This document shows, piece after piece, positions 38,312-48,557 of a stretch of DNA of 61,160 bases. A program made the translations under genes and the position numbers. The DNA lies in IMG/VR virus record IMGVR_UViG_3300044491_002233, positions 1 through 61,160 of that record; one strand, 5' to 3'. Below the pieces are notes generated by a model. That model saw only the letters and a list, made by a program, of their open reading frames with translations. It made no database searches and was not told the origin of the DNA. Every line of letters begins with the position of its first letter. The stretch's first letter is position 1. The stretch is from a virus. Taxonomy: Duplodnaviria > Caudoviricetes.

Positions 38312-39702
38312 TATAAGTTCACTTTCTCAGTTACTATGTTTACATCTTGTAAGGTTCTATCTATTTTTATGTATCCCTCGGTGACTAAATTTCGTATGTC
38401 TGTAATTGCTTTGTTCCTATAGACAGTTTTTACTGAAGCAGACGCATTAGAATACGAAATGTTTGATTCTGCGATAGTTTGGTTGTCACGAGATCCTATG
38501 TCTTTGTAATAAATTCCAGCGGCAATTTCGTCTCTTAATACAGTATCGTTGAGTATCAAATTGTACGATTCGCTGGGCGTAAAATACTTTGTAGTGTCTA
38601 GAGATGTAGACGAAATAACATTTACAGAAGTTTTGTCCTTGTTGTCGTTTGTTCCTTTTGCAGTTGCTATTATTGCCGCACCGGCCACGGCCGCACCCAC
38701 TGTGAAGTTGCCAACAGGATTAGTGATAGATCCTGCCTGTTTTCCTACTTCTAAAACTCCTTCCTTGGCTATGCCTTTCAGCTCTTCCTTGACCCCTGAT
38801 TTCTTAATTTTTTTTGCATTGTTGTATGTGTTAGAGGCTGACAATATTGCACCAAGGATGTTCCCGGTCTGCACGTTCCGGATCACTGAGCCTATTCCAT
38901 CTACAACACCACCTGGACCAAAAATACTATTTGTGCCACGACCCAACACAGTGAGTGGACTAGGTTCTTTGTCATAGTGTATTGTGGCAAACCCTGGCGG
39001 TTGGTTCTTGGTGATTATTCCTGACTTGTATATCACAGTCTCATAGTAAATCTGCATGGTGTTTTCTAACACGCCTGCGCCATCGGCTTGGTTTAGGTTG
39101 TCATGAGCAAAAGAGGCAATTACTGGATTGACCAATGTCATGGATGTGAATCTTTGTTTGTGTAAGACAAATATTTCAATTCTTTTCAAATAAGGTTTCT
39201 TTTTCTCGTTAGGGGTGTCTAGTCCAAATTTATTAGTTCTATTACTAAGTTCGATGTTGTCGTAATAATCATCTTTTGTGTCATTTATGGTAAGATCTGT
39301 GTCCATGGCCACTGAATCGGCAATCTTGTGTTCGTAGTACTTCTTCCAAAATGCGTTTACAGTGTCTGCATGATCATCATGGAACGTGATGTTTACAGGT
39401 TCATATTGAATCCTTGTCGCTGTGTACATCTTTTTGTTGTATTGAATTTTTTCTTCTAGGTTCATCCCGTACTTTGGTAGGTCACATGCCTTTACTAGCA
39501 TGTCAAGTTCGTATTTCTCATTGGGCTTGAACCCATTAAAAAACAAAGTTTCGTCGGTAGTAAATTTTACATGAAACAGGAATTTCTGTTTCGGCATCAG
39601 TTTATAGTTGTCGTCTAGGTACAGTCTTGATGCGTGTCTATAGTCTTTCATTCCAGGAAGTCCGTCCTGGAAACCTTGTAGGAAGTTGTTTATACTTGGC
39701 AT
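38311..39702 (-). CDS. Tail-tube-like baseplate protein (gp48/gp54-like)
   Basis: VK..DLP, YEPVNITFHDD tube-fold motifs; start MPSINNF 5 nt after TATAAATA. Confidence 0.6.
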   Translation of the reverse strand: MPSINNFLQGFQDGLPGMKDYRHASRLYLDDNYKLMPKQKFLFHVKFTTDETLFFNGFKPNEKYELDMLVKACDLPKYGMNLEEKIQYNKKMYTATRIQYEPVNITFHDDHADTVNAFWKKYYEHKIADSVAMDTDLTINDTKDDYYDNIELSNRTNKFGLDTPNEKKKPYLKRIEIFVLHKQRFTSMTLVNPVIASFAHDNLNQADGAGVLENTMQIYYETVIYKSGIITKNQPPGFATIHYDKEPSPLTVLGRGTNSIFGPGGVVDGIGSVIRNVQTGNILGAILSASNTYNNAKKIKKSGVKEELKGIAKEGVLEVGKQAGSITNPVGNFTVGAAVAGAAIIATAKGTNDNKDKTSVNVISSTSLDTTKYFTPSESYNLILNDTVLRDEIAAGIYYKDIGSRDNQTIAESNISYSNASASVKTVYRNKAITDIRNLVTEGYIKIDRTLQDVNIVTEKVNL

Positions 39703-39707
39703 ACTGT

Positions 39708-39715
39708 TATTTATA
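39708..39715 (-). promoter_or_regulatory. T4 late promoter consensus TATAAATA
   Basis: Exact match, just downstream of a terminator. Confidence 0.8.
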
Positions 39716-39720
39716 GTCAC

Positions 39721-39748
39721 AAAAAAAGCGCCATATAAAGGCGCCTTT
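39721..39748 (-). terminator. Terminator after the tail tube gene
   Basis: GGCGCC / GGCGC stem followed by U7. Confidence 0.75.
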
Positions 39749-39777
39749 CCTGTTTATAATTGCTTACTTAATTCTTA

Positions 39778-40398
39778 TTAACCACCAGTACTTAGAGTAC
39801 CGAGTGTTCTAGATACCGCTGTACCAATTCCTGTTCCTGTTGGAGTCTGGATTGCGTTGTCGTATCTGATTGACATAGTGATAGTTGCTGGATCTGAAGT
39901 TGCGTATGCAAGTGAGTTGTAGTTAACGTTCTCAACGTATGCACCGTACAATTCAAATGTTTCTAAAACATTTGGTGCACTCGCTCCGTTACCACCGTCT
40001 AGCATTTCAATTCTAGTTGTGAATTTGTAATCAATACCAGATGCCGCTGAACTCTGTTCAAAGAAATCGAATTGCTTCTGGATCTGTTCGCCAACCAGTT
40101 TAGTGACTGAGTTGTTAACGTCATCTCTTAGAGTGATTGTGATTGCTTCCCAAGTGTGTTTACCTGCCACATAAACTTTTGAGTTGTACACATCCAGTGT
40201 TACGGTGTCAAAAGATAATTGTGGTCTTGTTATATCAATAACTTGTTTTGTAAGTTCTGATCTCGGTGTTGATACTCCAAAATTTTCCAGGATCGCTCTG
40301 AAACGATACTGTAGTTTCGGCATCAATAATCCCTGTGATGCTGAACTCTGATCGTTTGCTAAAGGTACTGTGAATTTTGATAAAGTTGATATTGCCAT
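39778..40398 (-). CDS. gp19: Tail tube protein
   Basis: YVAGKHTWEAITITLRDD, FELYGAY; follows sheath; SD AGGAG and TAAATA at 40413-40418. Confidence 0.85.
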   Translation of the reverse strand: MAISTLSKFTVPLANDQSSASQGLLMPKLQYRFRAILENFGVSTPRSELTKQVIDITRPQLSFDTVTLDVYNSKVYVAGKHTWEAITITLRDDVNNSVTKLVGEQIQKQFDFFEQSSAASGIDYKFTTRIEMLDGGNGASAPNVLETFELYGAYVENVNYNSLAYATSDPATITMSIRYDNAIQTPTGTGIGTAVSRTLGTLSTGG

Positions 40399-40426
40399 TT
40401 GTTTCTCCTATCTATTTATTCCAAAA

Positions 40427-43400
40427 TTAGTTCCCTAAATTTGCAATTTCTCCTGTGTTTTTAATTCTCAACGGTATGTAAATAAACTCAACTGATTTTA
40501 TTGGTTCAATTGCTATGTCCACATACAGTTCATTCCTATCAATCCTCGTAGGTGTGTTGTTTGTGTCATCACAAACTACTAGGAAGTCATACAATGCTCT
40601 CTGTCCAACAAGTTCCAACAAGAATGATTCAACTGCTTGTTTGATTTCATTTCTTGTTAATTCATCATTTGGTTCAAAAATAAATGGTTTAGCAATAGCA
40701 TCTAGTTGTGTTCTTAAGTACACTGCTAACCTTGAAACATTGATCCTGTCTAAGGCAGAACTTCCTGATGTCTTGGTCAAGTTACCAAAGTTAACAATTC
40801 CTGCTCCTGAGAAGAAAGTGATTGGGTTCACTTTGACCTCATGCATTGAATCTCTCACTGACTCCGTAACAGATATTGTTTGGAATTCTCCTGAACTTGC
40901 ATTTACATAACCAACTGCTGTAGCGTTGTCAATAACACCTCTCCTAGTACCCGCTGGTGCAAACCATGGGAAAGAAACGTTGTCGCTGTTGGCCAGTGTC
41001 CTCATCATCATGTGACTTGGTGGAACAACAATTGATTTTCCTGTGTTATCTGTCGTTAATCCTGATGGATAAAACAAGCCTAAGTAATCACTTGAACTTA
41101 CAAGGCCGTCTTCGCCGTTGTCAAGTGCTGACGCTGAATTGTTTGCCCAGTTGCTAATTGATGTTGCTGTGCCTTCTAATCTCAAAGGAGTGTCACCTAT
41201 CACAAACGCTGTGTTGTTTCTGTCTGTATTTAGATTGACCATGTTTGAAATCAATTCTGGATAACCCGGTGTAGCAATCACGTTGAATCCTCTTTGGTCT
41301 TCTCTGATTGCTTGGTTGGTGTCGATCTCTGATTTCATTTGCTCAACGATCACTTTTCTCTGTGCTTTTCTACCAAAAGATCCAGAACCGTCTGCGTTGT
41401 TGCTTGATTTAGTAACCCATCTGTCAGGGTAGTAAGTTGATACGCTCTCGTTACTTGCTCTGATGTTACCTAAACCAGTTGATCCGCTTCCTGGATATTT
41501 CGTAGTTGTGATGTAACTGTTTTTGTATTCTTTTACATTGTAACCAGATCTTCTAGTGTTCCATAGCAAGATACCTTGTGGGTAGTTGTCTGGATTAGGA
41601 GCATCTGGATCTAGGAAGCCATCGCTCAACAAGTTCTTGATCGTTGATTTAGTTCCTGCCGCTGTCGATGTTCCCGCCACTTTGTCGGTTGAAGTGTGCC
41701 ATCTTGCATCTGCGAAAACTACACCATCTTCTGTTGTTTGGTCTGTTTTGTCAACTAACACCCATGCCGCACCAGTTGTAGTAACTGCCACTTGGTTTGC
41801 TGTGTTTGTTGAACTAATTGAAGCCGCTGTATTGTATTTGTAAAGTTTTGGATAGTTCTCAAGGTCGCTTGTGTCAATCCATAAGTCATTAGTTACAAGT
41901 GTAGTACCATCTGACTGTGTAGTTGGTGCTGTAGCACTGAACTGTGGACCATTTGGATCTGTTGATGCGTATGCTGTCGCATAACCAACCCAAGTCGTAC
42001 CGTTATGTGCCATGATGTCTGCTTCTAAACTTGTATCGTACCATAATGTACCATCCGCTGGTTCATTAGTTGGTGCACTTGTTCCTGCTGTGTAACTTAA
42101 TCTTTTCCAGTTCGATGCAATCACTTCGTTACCTACAGTTGAGTCTTCCGAATCACCTGTTGGTGCAACATACAAGTTGTCCACTAGTGTTGAGCTGTTT
42201 GCAGTGTATCCACCGTAAGCATGTGCCTGTGATGTTCCTAGTCCTGCATCTCCCAATGGGTCACCGTTGATATTGTTTAATCTAAGTTCACCACCCAGTG
42301 TGTGTTCTAAAACAATCTCACCAGTGGTTAATTTTGATGCTTTTACATATTTTAATTCAGTAGTTGAAGTTTCTAGTGCATTCACATTAACTGCACCATT
42401 AACATCTGACACAAAAGTGTCTGAAGTTGTACCACTCATTGTGATAGTGATCGCTGTACTTAAACTTGCACTGTTCTTTCTCGATTCTTGAATTGTAAAA
42501 GATTCAGAACCTGTGAATGTGTGTGACGTCAGTCTGCTTGTTACTTTAGTTGCTCCGCCTTCGTATCTAAAAAGTTGGAAGTCACCAATATTTGGTGTGA
42601 TATCTTGTTGTCCATCACTTGACTGTTCAGTGACATTGTACTGTGCGTATAAACTGCCCACAGTCAAACCTGCTCCACCTTTCGCTGGATCTAGGTTGTA
42701 GATCGCACTGTGGTTGTTGGCATAAAGTGGACTAGCAACTGCTGAGAAACTAGCACTTGATGAACTGTAAAGTTTAGCAACAAGGTTCGCACCTGAGTTT
42801 GCGTTTGTAGTTTTGAACCAAACTGATCCACTTGGTCTGTCTTCGTCTGCGGTCTTCCAAGTTGGTCTGTTGGTGTGTTTGTCTTGTAAGAATTTAGCGT
42901 TTTTGTATGTGCCTGCTGTGATCCCTAGGTCTGCTAAAAGTGTTCCAGAAGCACCTGCTTCGAATCTGATGGTACCGTTACCTGCTGTAGAATCACCAAA
43001 TGATAGACCATTGTGGAATATCTCTAGATTTCCTGTCGTAGAGTTTACACTTGCTGTAACACCTGCCGCGTTGGCAGAGTTAATTGATGATGCAACGTTT
43101 GAAAGTGTTGTAGAACTTGTTGTAACAGTCTCACCGTTGATCTTCATTGTGTGTCCACTCGTCACTGTAGTTCCTGATGCCACTGTAATCACTGGGATAG
43201 ACAAATGCCATGCAGATGAACCAAGTTGTACCCAAGTATTGCTTGGTGTTTTCTTGTACATCTTATTAGTCACGTGTGTTGTATTAATTGCGTAATCACC
43301 TGCTACTCCAATTGAAGTCAAAGGTGCACCAGTTGATACGCCACCTACTAAATCTGTCACTGCTGTAATCAGTGTTGGAGAAATTGTTGTGAATGCTTGA

Positions 43401-43858
43401 TCTGTTTTGTTCCATTCAAACAATCCATATGAGCTTGATGCAAGGTCAAACCAATATGTGCCGTCTGTTGGATTTGCTGTTGGAGCCGATGCACTTCCTA
43501 ATAATTCACTAGTGTTAACATTAGCTCTTAGTACGTATGCTCTATTGGCAACTCCTAAGAACGAGTATGCCGCTTGTAAACCCCATTCATTTAATTCATA
43601 TCCGTGTAACGAATTTCCTGAAACGTCTGTGTAGAATTTTGGATCTCCAAAAGTCTCTGTTAATTCTCTTTGAGATGAGACCAAATATGCAGTGTTGGCA
43701 TTGGCAACTGTTGTGCCCGTTGCAGTTGTTGTGCCTGCTCCGTTTGTCTTATCCTGTCCTGATGCTACTATAAAAAGAGGTGTAGTACCCGCATCTGATG
43801 GTACATAAAAACTTTCGTTTATTACTGAAACCTCTACTCCTGGTGATGTTAAAGCCAT
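40427..43858 (-). CDS. gp18: Contractile tail sheath with large central insertion
   Basis: SPGVEV, FGDP, PWFAPAG.RRG, DRINV.RL, FEPND, CD.TNNTP; SD AAGGAG and TAAATA at 43897-43902. Confidence 0.93.
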   Translation of the reverse strand: MALTSPGVEVSVINESFYVPSDAGTTPLFIVASGQDKTNGAGTTTATGTTVANANTAYLVSSQRELTETFGDPKFYTDVSGNSLHGYELNEWGLQAAYSFLGVANRAYVLRANVNTSELLGSASAPTANPTDGTYWFDLASSSYGLFEWNKTDQAFTTISPTLITAVTDLVGGVSTGAPLTSIGVAGDYAINTTHVTNKMYKKTPSNTWVQLGSSAWHLSIPVITVASGTTVTSGHTMKINGETVTTSSTTLSNVASSINSANAAGVTASVNSTTGNLEIFHNGLSFGDSTAGNGTIRFEAGASGTLLADLGITAGTYKNAKFLQDKHTNRPTWKTADEDRPSGSVWFKTTNANSGANLVAKLYSSSSASFSAVASPLYANNHSAIYNLDPAKGGAGLTVGSLYAQYNVTEQSSDGQQDITPNIGDFQLFRYEGGATKVTSRLTSHTFTGSESFTIQESRKNSASLSTAITITMSGTTSDTFVSDVNGAVNVNALETSTTELKYVKASKLTTGEIVLEHTLGGELRLNNINGDPLGDAGLGTSQAHAYGGYTANSSTLVDNLYVAPTGDSEDSTVGNEVIASNWKRLSYTAGTSAPTNEPADGTLWYDTSLEADIMAHNGTTWVGYATAYASTDPNGPQFSATAPTTQSDGTTLVTNDLWIDTSDLENYPKLYKYNTAASISSTNTANQVAVTTTGAAWVLVDKTDQTTEDGVVFADARWHTSTDKVAGTSTAAGTKSTIKNLLSDGFLDPDAPNPDNYPQGILLWNTRRSGYNVKEYKNSYITTTKYPGSGSTGLGNIRASNESVSTYYPDRWVTKSSNNADGSGSFGRKAQRKVIVEQMKSEIDTNQAIREDQRGFNVIATPGYPELISNMVNLNTDRNNTAFVIGDTPLRLEGTATSISNWANNSASALDNGEDGLVSSSDYLGLFYPSGLTTDNTGKSIVVPPSHMMMRTLANSDNVSFPWFAPAGTRRGVIDNATAVGYVNASSGEFQTISVTESVRDSMHEVKVNPITFFSGAGIVNFGNLTKTSGSSALDRINVSRLAVYLRTQLDAIAKPFIFEPNDELTRNEIKQAVESFLLELVGQRALYDFLVVCDDTNNTPTRIDRNELYVDIAIEPIKSVEFIYIPLRIKNTGEIANLGN

Positions 43859-43973
43859 TTTTCGTTTTCTCCTTGCAAGTTTAACGTATACAGAGTTATT
43901 TATGTAGGATTAGGTAATTGTACGCTTGATCTGTTAAAATCTGGTGCCTATATAGGCGACGTAAATAACACGT

Positions 43974-44333
43974 ATGAATTATTCAACAAGACCGCTGTGC
44001 GTACACTGTAAATCCAAACCCAGGGCATATGCCTACAAGAGGAATGACAAAATTTATTGGCGTAGGTTGTGTGACACATGTAATCGTAGGAAGGCCAAAA
44101 AAAATGTTGGGGGGATCACTGCCTTGCAACGATCCGGATACAAGAAAAAATCTAAATGTGAATTGTGTGGTTACAAGGCCCAAGAACTTGCACAGATGGA
44201 CGTATTTTTCGTCGATGGTGATCTACGTAATGTGAAACCTACTAATCTAAAAACTGTTTGCGCCAATTGCCAGAGGTTGCAAGGTATCAGACGTCTCGGA
44301 TGGCGTGTTGGTGATCTTGTTGCTGACGATTAA
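43974..44333 (+). CDS. Zn-binding HNH-like protein lacking the catalytic His
   Basis: Four CxxC; DVFFVDGD..N....NL..VCANC; TAAATA 6 nt before ATG. Confidence 0.65.
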   Translation: MNYSTRPLCVHCKSKPRAYAYKRNDKIYWRRLCDTCNRRKAKKNVGGITALQRSGYKKKSKCELCGYKAQELAQMDVFFVDGDLRNVKPTNLKTVCANCQRLQGIRRLGWRVGDLVADD

Positions 44334-44900
44334 TTCGTCTATTTTTGCATATAGATCTTCTTTTGTACCGTTGTTGCTGATAACAAAGTCAAATTCCTCT
44401 TTTGCCCAAGCATATTCCGACGTATGTATTCCCTTTGGTTCTATGTTTCCTTCTACATAGTCAACGAACCAATCAGGATCTGATCCTCTTTTGACGAGGA
44501 TTATCTTTCCGCCATGTGCTCTGATTTGTTTGAGTTCGTTAGGAAATCTAGTGTCTGCTATAACAGTGTTTTTTCCTTTATATCTGCCGATGCAACTGTC
44601 GACCCATATGCCGTCATACATCTGGCCTCGCATCACTTCCGTGCCGAAGTACTGCAACACCCATCTTGGCGTTGTGGGTTTGCCAAATTTTTCACTCCAG
44701 AAAGCGTCTGGTTGTTCTCTCCATTGTCTGCTGGCGTCAGTGTCTCCTTCTAACAGAGCCCGGTCCCAATTGAACATAGATGCAACGGCATCTTTTAGAC
44801 TTTTTGCGAAACTGTCTTTTTGATATCCGTGTCGTTCTACTAGCCTGTCAGACACAGTACCTTTGCCAGAACCTATTAAACCTACTACACCTATCAGCAT
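44247..44900 (-). CDS. gp1: Deoxynucleoside monophosphate kinase
   Basis: GLIGSGKGT, FA.SLK, TPR.VLQ.FGTE, DTRF.NE, H.SE. Confidence 0.9.
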   Translation of the reverse strand: MLIGVVGLIGSGKGTVSDRLVERHGYQKDSFAKSLKDAVASMFNWDRALLEGDTDASRQWREQPDAFWSEKFGKPTTPRWVLQYFGTEVMRGQMYDGIWVDSCIGRYKGKNTVIADTRFPNELKQIRAHGGKIILVKRGSDPDWFVDYVEGNIEPKGIHTSEYAWAKEEFDFVISNNGTKEDLYAKIDELIVSNKITNTPSETSDTLQPLAIGANSF

Positions 44901-44906
44901 AGTGTC

Positions 44907-44935
44907 ATTATACTATTTTTTTAATCTTTTTTCAA
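44907..44935 (-). promoter_or_regulatory. Sigma70-type promoter for the dNMP kinase
   Basis: TTGAAA-17nt-TATAAT, 6 nt before ATG. Confidence 0.7.
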
Positions 44936-45095
44936 TCTCTTTGATTGCTTCTCTGACCGAGTTTAGTATGGTAATTCTCAGGCTCTTTTTCTTTTGTTTT
45001 AAAGCCCTAATACTCATGACTTCCAATTCCTGTACCAATTGTTCTAGCTCATCTAATGTTAGGTCAGAGTAATTCTTGTAGTGGGAGTCTTTCAT
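44913..45095 (-). CDS. Small coiled-coil hypothetical protein
   Basis: 60 aa; TAAATA 7 nt before ATG. Confidence 0.6.
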   Translation of the reverse strand: MKDSHYKNYSDLTLDELEQLVQELEVMSIRALKQKKKSLRITILNSVREAIKEIEKRLKK

Positions 45096-45126
45096 AGCAG
45101 GGTATTTAAATAGAGTTTGGTGTCAA

Positions 45127-45888
45127 TTAACCAATAACAAAACTGTGCGGAGTGCCGCCTTCTTGGAAATTGCCTATCTCAGATTCTAATTTTTCCATCT
45201 CGGCATTACCTTCGTTCTTAAGTGCATCACCGTTCAGTGTTGTTCCACCTTGTGGGCCTGCTATAGTGTTGAACTTGCCCCTTGCTTCGCCAAGCATAAC
45301 TTTAGACACCGCAAGTGTGTAGTCTCTGATCCATGGTTTGGCGTAGATGTCTTTGAACAGCGTGATGTCTGGTCTGTAGTTGTCCGTGTGCATTAGAACA
45401 GTCTCATCATCTGCTCTTGGTCTCTGAGTTATTGTTAATTTTTTTGTGGCTACATCGAAATGGAATTGTATGAAACTACCAAACATTTTTCCTACCAGTT
45501 CTTGGTATGATGCGAATGCATAGTAAGTGGCCAGACCGCCAGTGGCTCCTGCCCTCAACAGATAGGTATTTGTGTAGGCTAAGTTAAAAGGTTCGAACAG
45601 TGTTCCACCTTCGCCACCTTCGGTCCTGGATCCGACAGTTCTCCTATTTAGGTTCCTGACGTTAATTATTTCGTCTGGTAGTATATATGAATTTTGATTC
45701 TTTTTTAAAGTAAGAAACGCATAAGATTCCTCTACAGCGTTTGATGATCGTTGTCTAAATTTGTTCAATGCTCTAGTTAAAGCAGTTTCATAGTGTTTTG
45801 GGTCTAATTCAACGTCAATCATACCATCACCAAGGTTGTTCTTGACGTAATCGTATATTTCTTGCTGACCTGTTTGTAGTTCTGACAT
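45127..45888 (-). CDS. gp13: Neck protein (gp13-like)
   Basis: LG...IDVEL, WIRDY..A..K..LG..R.KF, P.GG.TLNG; start MSELQ 5 nt after TATAAATA. Confidence 0.8.
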   Translation of the reverse strand: MSELQTGQQEIYDYVKNNLGDGMIDVELDPKHYETALTRALNKFRQRSSNAVEESYAFLTLKKNQNSYILPDEIINVRNLNRRTVGSRTEGGEGGTLFEPFNLAYTNTYLLRAGATGGLATYYAFASYQELVGKMFGSFIQFHFDVATKKLTITQRPRADDETVLMHTDNYRPDITLFKDIYAKPWIRDYTLAVSKVMLGEARGKFNTIAGPQGGTTLNGDALKNEGNAEMEKLESEIGNFQEGGTPHSFVIG

Positions 45889-45893
45889 ACACA

Positions 45894-45923
45894 TATTTAT
45901 AGTCATTGCCTGTGCAATAAATA
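45894..45923. promoter_or_regulatory. Divergent late promoter pair
   Basis: TATAAATA on minus (45894-45901) and AATAAATA on plus (45916-45923). Confidence 0.75.
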
Positions 45924-45931
45924 TGTATGAT

Positions 45932-47101
45932 ATGCCAAGATTATCCATTTTTAAGCCAGAGAAAGGCAATGACTACAAGTTCTTCGATCGCAACATCAAG
46001 GAGATGTTTCAGGTAGGTGGCACAGATCTACACTTTCACAAATATGTGGGACCTTACAATCAGGGAGAAGATCAGAAGGACGGAAAAGCATCACCAACAC
46101 AACCACAGTATTCGGGTGACAGTCTAAACGAGAGAACCATACAAGATCTATTGTTTTTAGAAAACAGAGATAGGAAATACGACGACGATGTGTATGTTGT
46201 CAGGGGAATCTACAATGTGCAAGATGCTGATTTTAATCTATCACAGTTTGGTATGTTTTTACAGAATGACACATTATTCCTTACAGTGCATCTGAACGAT
46301 ATTGTGGAAAGGATTGGCAGGAAACCGATGAGTGGAGACGTAATAGAATTTCCACACATGAAGGAAGATTATTCTTTAGATGAGAGTGTGCCGATTGCAC
46401 TCAAAAGATACTACGTTGTAGAAGATGTTAATAGGGCCGCGGAAGGATTCAGTCAAACTTGGTGGCCACATCTATTAAGATTAAAAATGAAGACACTAGT
46501 TGACTCTCAAGAATTCAAAGACATCATAGGTGATGCAACAACCACAGGATCAGTTGCAAGTTACATGAGCACATACAACAGGGAGAAAACTATCAACGAT
46601 CAGATCGTAGCTCAAGCCGAACAAGATGCTCCAAAGGCAGGCTTCAACTACAAACAATATTATGTTGCACCTATAGACGAAAGAGGAAACATCAGAACAG
46701 ACAACGTCAACACAGAATCACAAAGGGCAAGTCAGTCAAGAACTGTCAATGCCACGATAGACACGCCAGCAAGTTCACATTATGGGTTCTATCTTGATGG
46801 GGATGGAGTTGCACCAAACGGCAATCCAGCAGGTTTTGGTATAACTTTCCCAACTACGCAAGTTGACAACGGCGATTATTTCTTGAGAACTGATTATTTG
46901 CCTAACAGGTTGTTCAGATACGACGGAGTCAGATGGGTTAAAATTGAGGACAGTGTTAGAATAACTACAACGAACAATGATTCTAGAGGAAATTATAAAA
47001 CAAGTTTTGTTAACAATGCAACAGAATCAACAATAAACGGATTAACAACAAAACAAAGACAGTCTTTGACAGATGCATTAAAACCAAAGGCTGACAATTA
47101 A
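45932..47101 (+). CDS. gp14: Neck/head-closure protein (gp14-like)
   Basis: DLLFLE, LSQFG.F..ND, RKP.SGDVIEFP; between gp13 and gp15. Confidence 0.72.
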   Translation: MPRLSIFKPEKGNDYKFFDRNIKEMFQVGGTDLHFHKYVGPYNQGEDQKDGKASPTQPQYSGDSLNERTIQDLLFLENRDRKYDDDVYVVRGIYNVQDADFNLSQFGMFLQNDTLFLTVHLNDIVERIGRKPMSGDVIEFPHMKEDYSLDESVPIALKRYYVVEDVNRAAEGFSQTWWPHLLRLKMKTLVDSQEFKDIIGDATTTGSVASYMSTYNREKTINDQIVAQAEQDAPKAGFNYKQYYVAPIDERGNIRTDNVNTESQRASQSRTVNATIDTPASSHYGFYLDGDGVAPNGNPAGFGITFPTTQVDNGDYFLRTDYLPNRLFRYDGVRWVKIEDSVRITTTNNDSRGNYKTSFVNNATESTINGLTTKQRQSLTDALKPKADN

Positions 47102-48543
47102 TGTTACACTTTTACGAAGGACAGGTTAGGAAGTTTCTCACTCAATTTATTAGGATTTTGAGTAACTTTTCTGTTGAGACTGGAAAAGGCAAAGATGGTT
47201 CTGTTCAGTTAAGAGCAGTACCGGTGGTGTACGGAGATCCAACAAGGCAGGTCGCAAACATAATCAGGAACAATTCAGAGAACGCACTACAGTACGCACC
47301 GAGGATAGCCGCGTATGTAAGGGAACTTAACTACGACAGGGATAGGATGCAGAATCCTTATCACATAGAGAAACAGCATTTGAGAGAAAGAGGCATCGAC
47401 GCAGACGGCAACTACACCAATGAGATGGGTGCAGGATACACTGTAGAGAAAGTGATGCCATCGCCATTTAGAATGGAAGTGTCGGCGGATATTTGGACGA
47501 CAAACACAGATCAGAAACTACAGATTATGGAACAGATATTGTATCTTTTCAACCCAGACTTCGAGATACAGAAAACGGACAACTACATCGATTGGACTAG
47601 TTTGAGTTATGTCGAATTAACGGGTACTACTTTCAGTTCGAGAACAATCCCGGTAGGTGCAGATTCAGAAATAGATGTTGCAACACTGACATTCAGTATG
47701 CCCATATGGTTATCACCACCTGTCAAAGTCAAGAAATTAGGAGTGGTGCAGAAGATCATAATGAGTATCTACGACGACGACGGCGGAATAGCCAAAGGAT
47801 TGATAGACGGAGAACTGACATCGAGGAGTTACATCACACCAAACAATTTTGGATTGTTAGTCTCAGGAAATCAACTGCGATTGTTGGGATCAACAGGTAC
47901 AAATGTGAAATCGGGAGGAGACGGATTCCAAACAGGAGCAAACGAACCTAATAATTATGATCCGTTTGAAACATTTGGACCAGCGGTAAACTGGAAAGTT
48001 CTACTAGATCAATATGGTAAGGTCACAAACGGCACATCACAAATAAGATTGACACAACCAAATGGAAACGAAATCGTTGGTACTATAGCAACAACAACAT
48101 TGGATGACACAATTTTATTATACACTATAGATAGTGATACCATACCAAGCAACACACTGACAGCAGTTAAGAAGATTATCAATCCTGCAACATTTAATCC
48201 TGGAACACCAGCAAATGGTGACAGATACTTGGTCATAAACGACGTGGGGGATAGCACAGCCAGTTTCCAGAGTGCCACTTGGGGTACACTTGTAGCCAGC
48301 GTTGGCGACATCATAGAATACAACAGTACAACATCAAAATGGAACATAGCCTTTGATGCATCAAATCCGGATTCAACACAGCATTACGTCACAAACCTAA
48401 ACACAGGAATACAGTACAGGTTCAATGGCACAGAATGGGTCAAATCGTACGAGGGTGTTTACACACAAGGTAATTGGAGCATCGTGCTAGACGGTGGGGC
48501 AGATCCAGGATATAATTCTAGCCTTGACGCTACCACTCCGTAG
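47101..48543 (+). CDS. gp15: Tail terminator/sheath stabiliser (gp15-like) with C-terminal extension
   Basis: HFY..Q.R, VPV.YG, P.PF, QI.EQIL..FNP. Confidence 0.8.
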   Translation: MLHFYEGQVRKFLTQFIRILSNFSVETGKGKDGSVQLRAVPVVYGDPTRQVANIIRNNSENALQYAPRIAAYVRELNYDRDRMQNPYHIEKQHLRERGIDADGNYTNEMGAGYTVEKVMPSPFRMEVSADIWTTNTDQKLQIMEQILYLFNPDFEIQKTDNYIDWTSLSYVELTGTTFSSRTIPVGADSEIDVATLTFSMPIWLSPPVKVKKLGVVQKIIMSIYDDDGGIAKGLIDGELTSRSYITPNNFGLLVSGNQLRLLGSTGTNVKSGGDGFQTGANEPNNYDPFETFGPAVNWKVLLDQYGKVTNGTSQIRLTQPNGNEIVGTIATTTLDDTILLYTIDSDTIPSNTLTAVKKIINPATFNPGTPANGDRYLVINDVGDSTASFQSATWGTLVASVGDIIEYNSTTSKWNIAFDASNPDSTQHYVTNLNTGIQYRFNGTEWVKSYEGVYTQGNWSIVLDGGADPGYNSSLDATTP

Positions 48544-48552
48544 TTGTATAAT
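48524..48552 (+). promoter_or_regulatory. Sigma70-type promoter for the NUDIX gene
   Basis: TTGACG-17nt-TATAAT, 5 nt before ATG. Confidence 0.75.
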
Positions 48553-48557
48553 AACTT

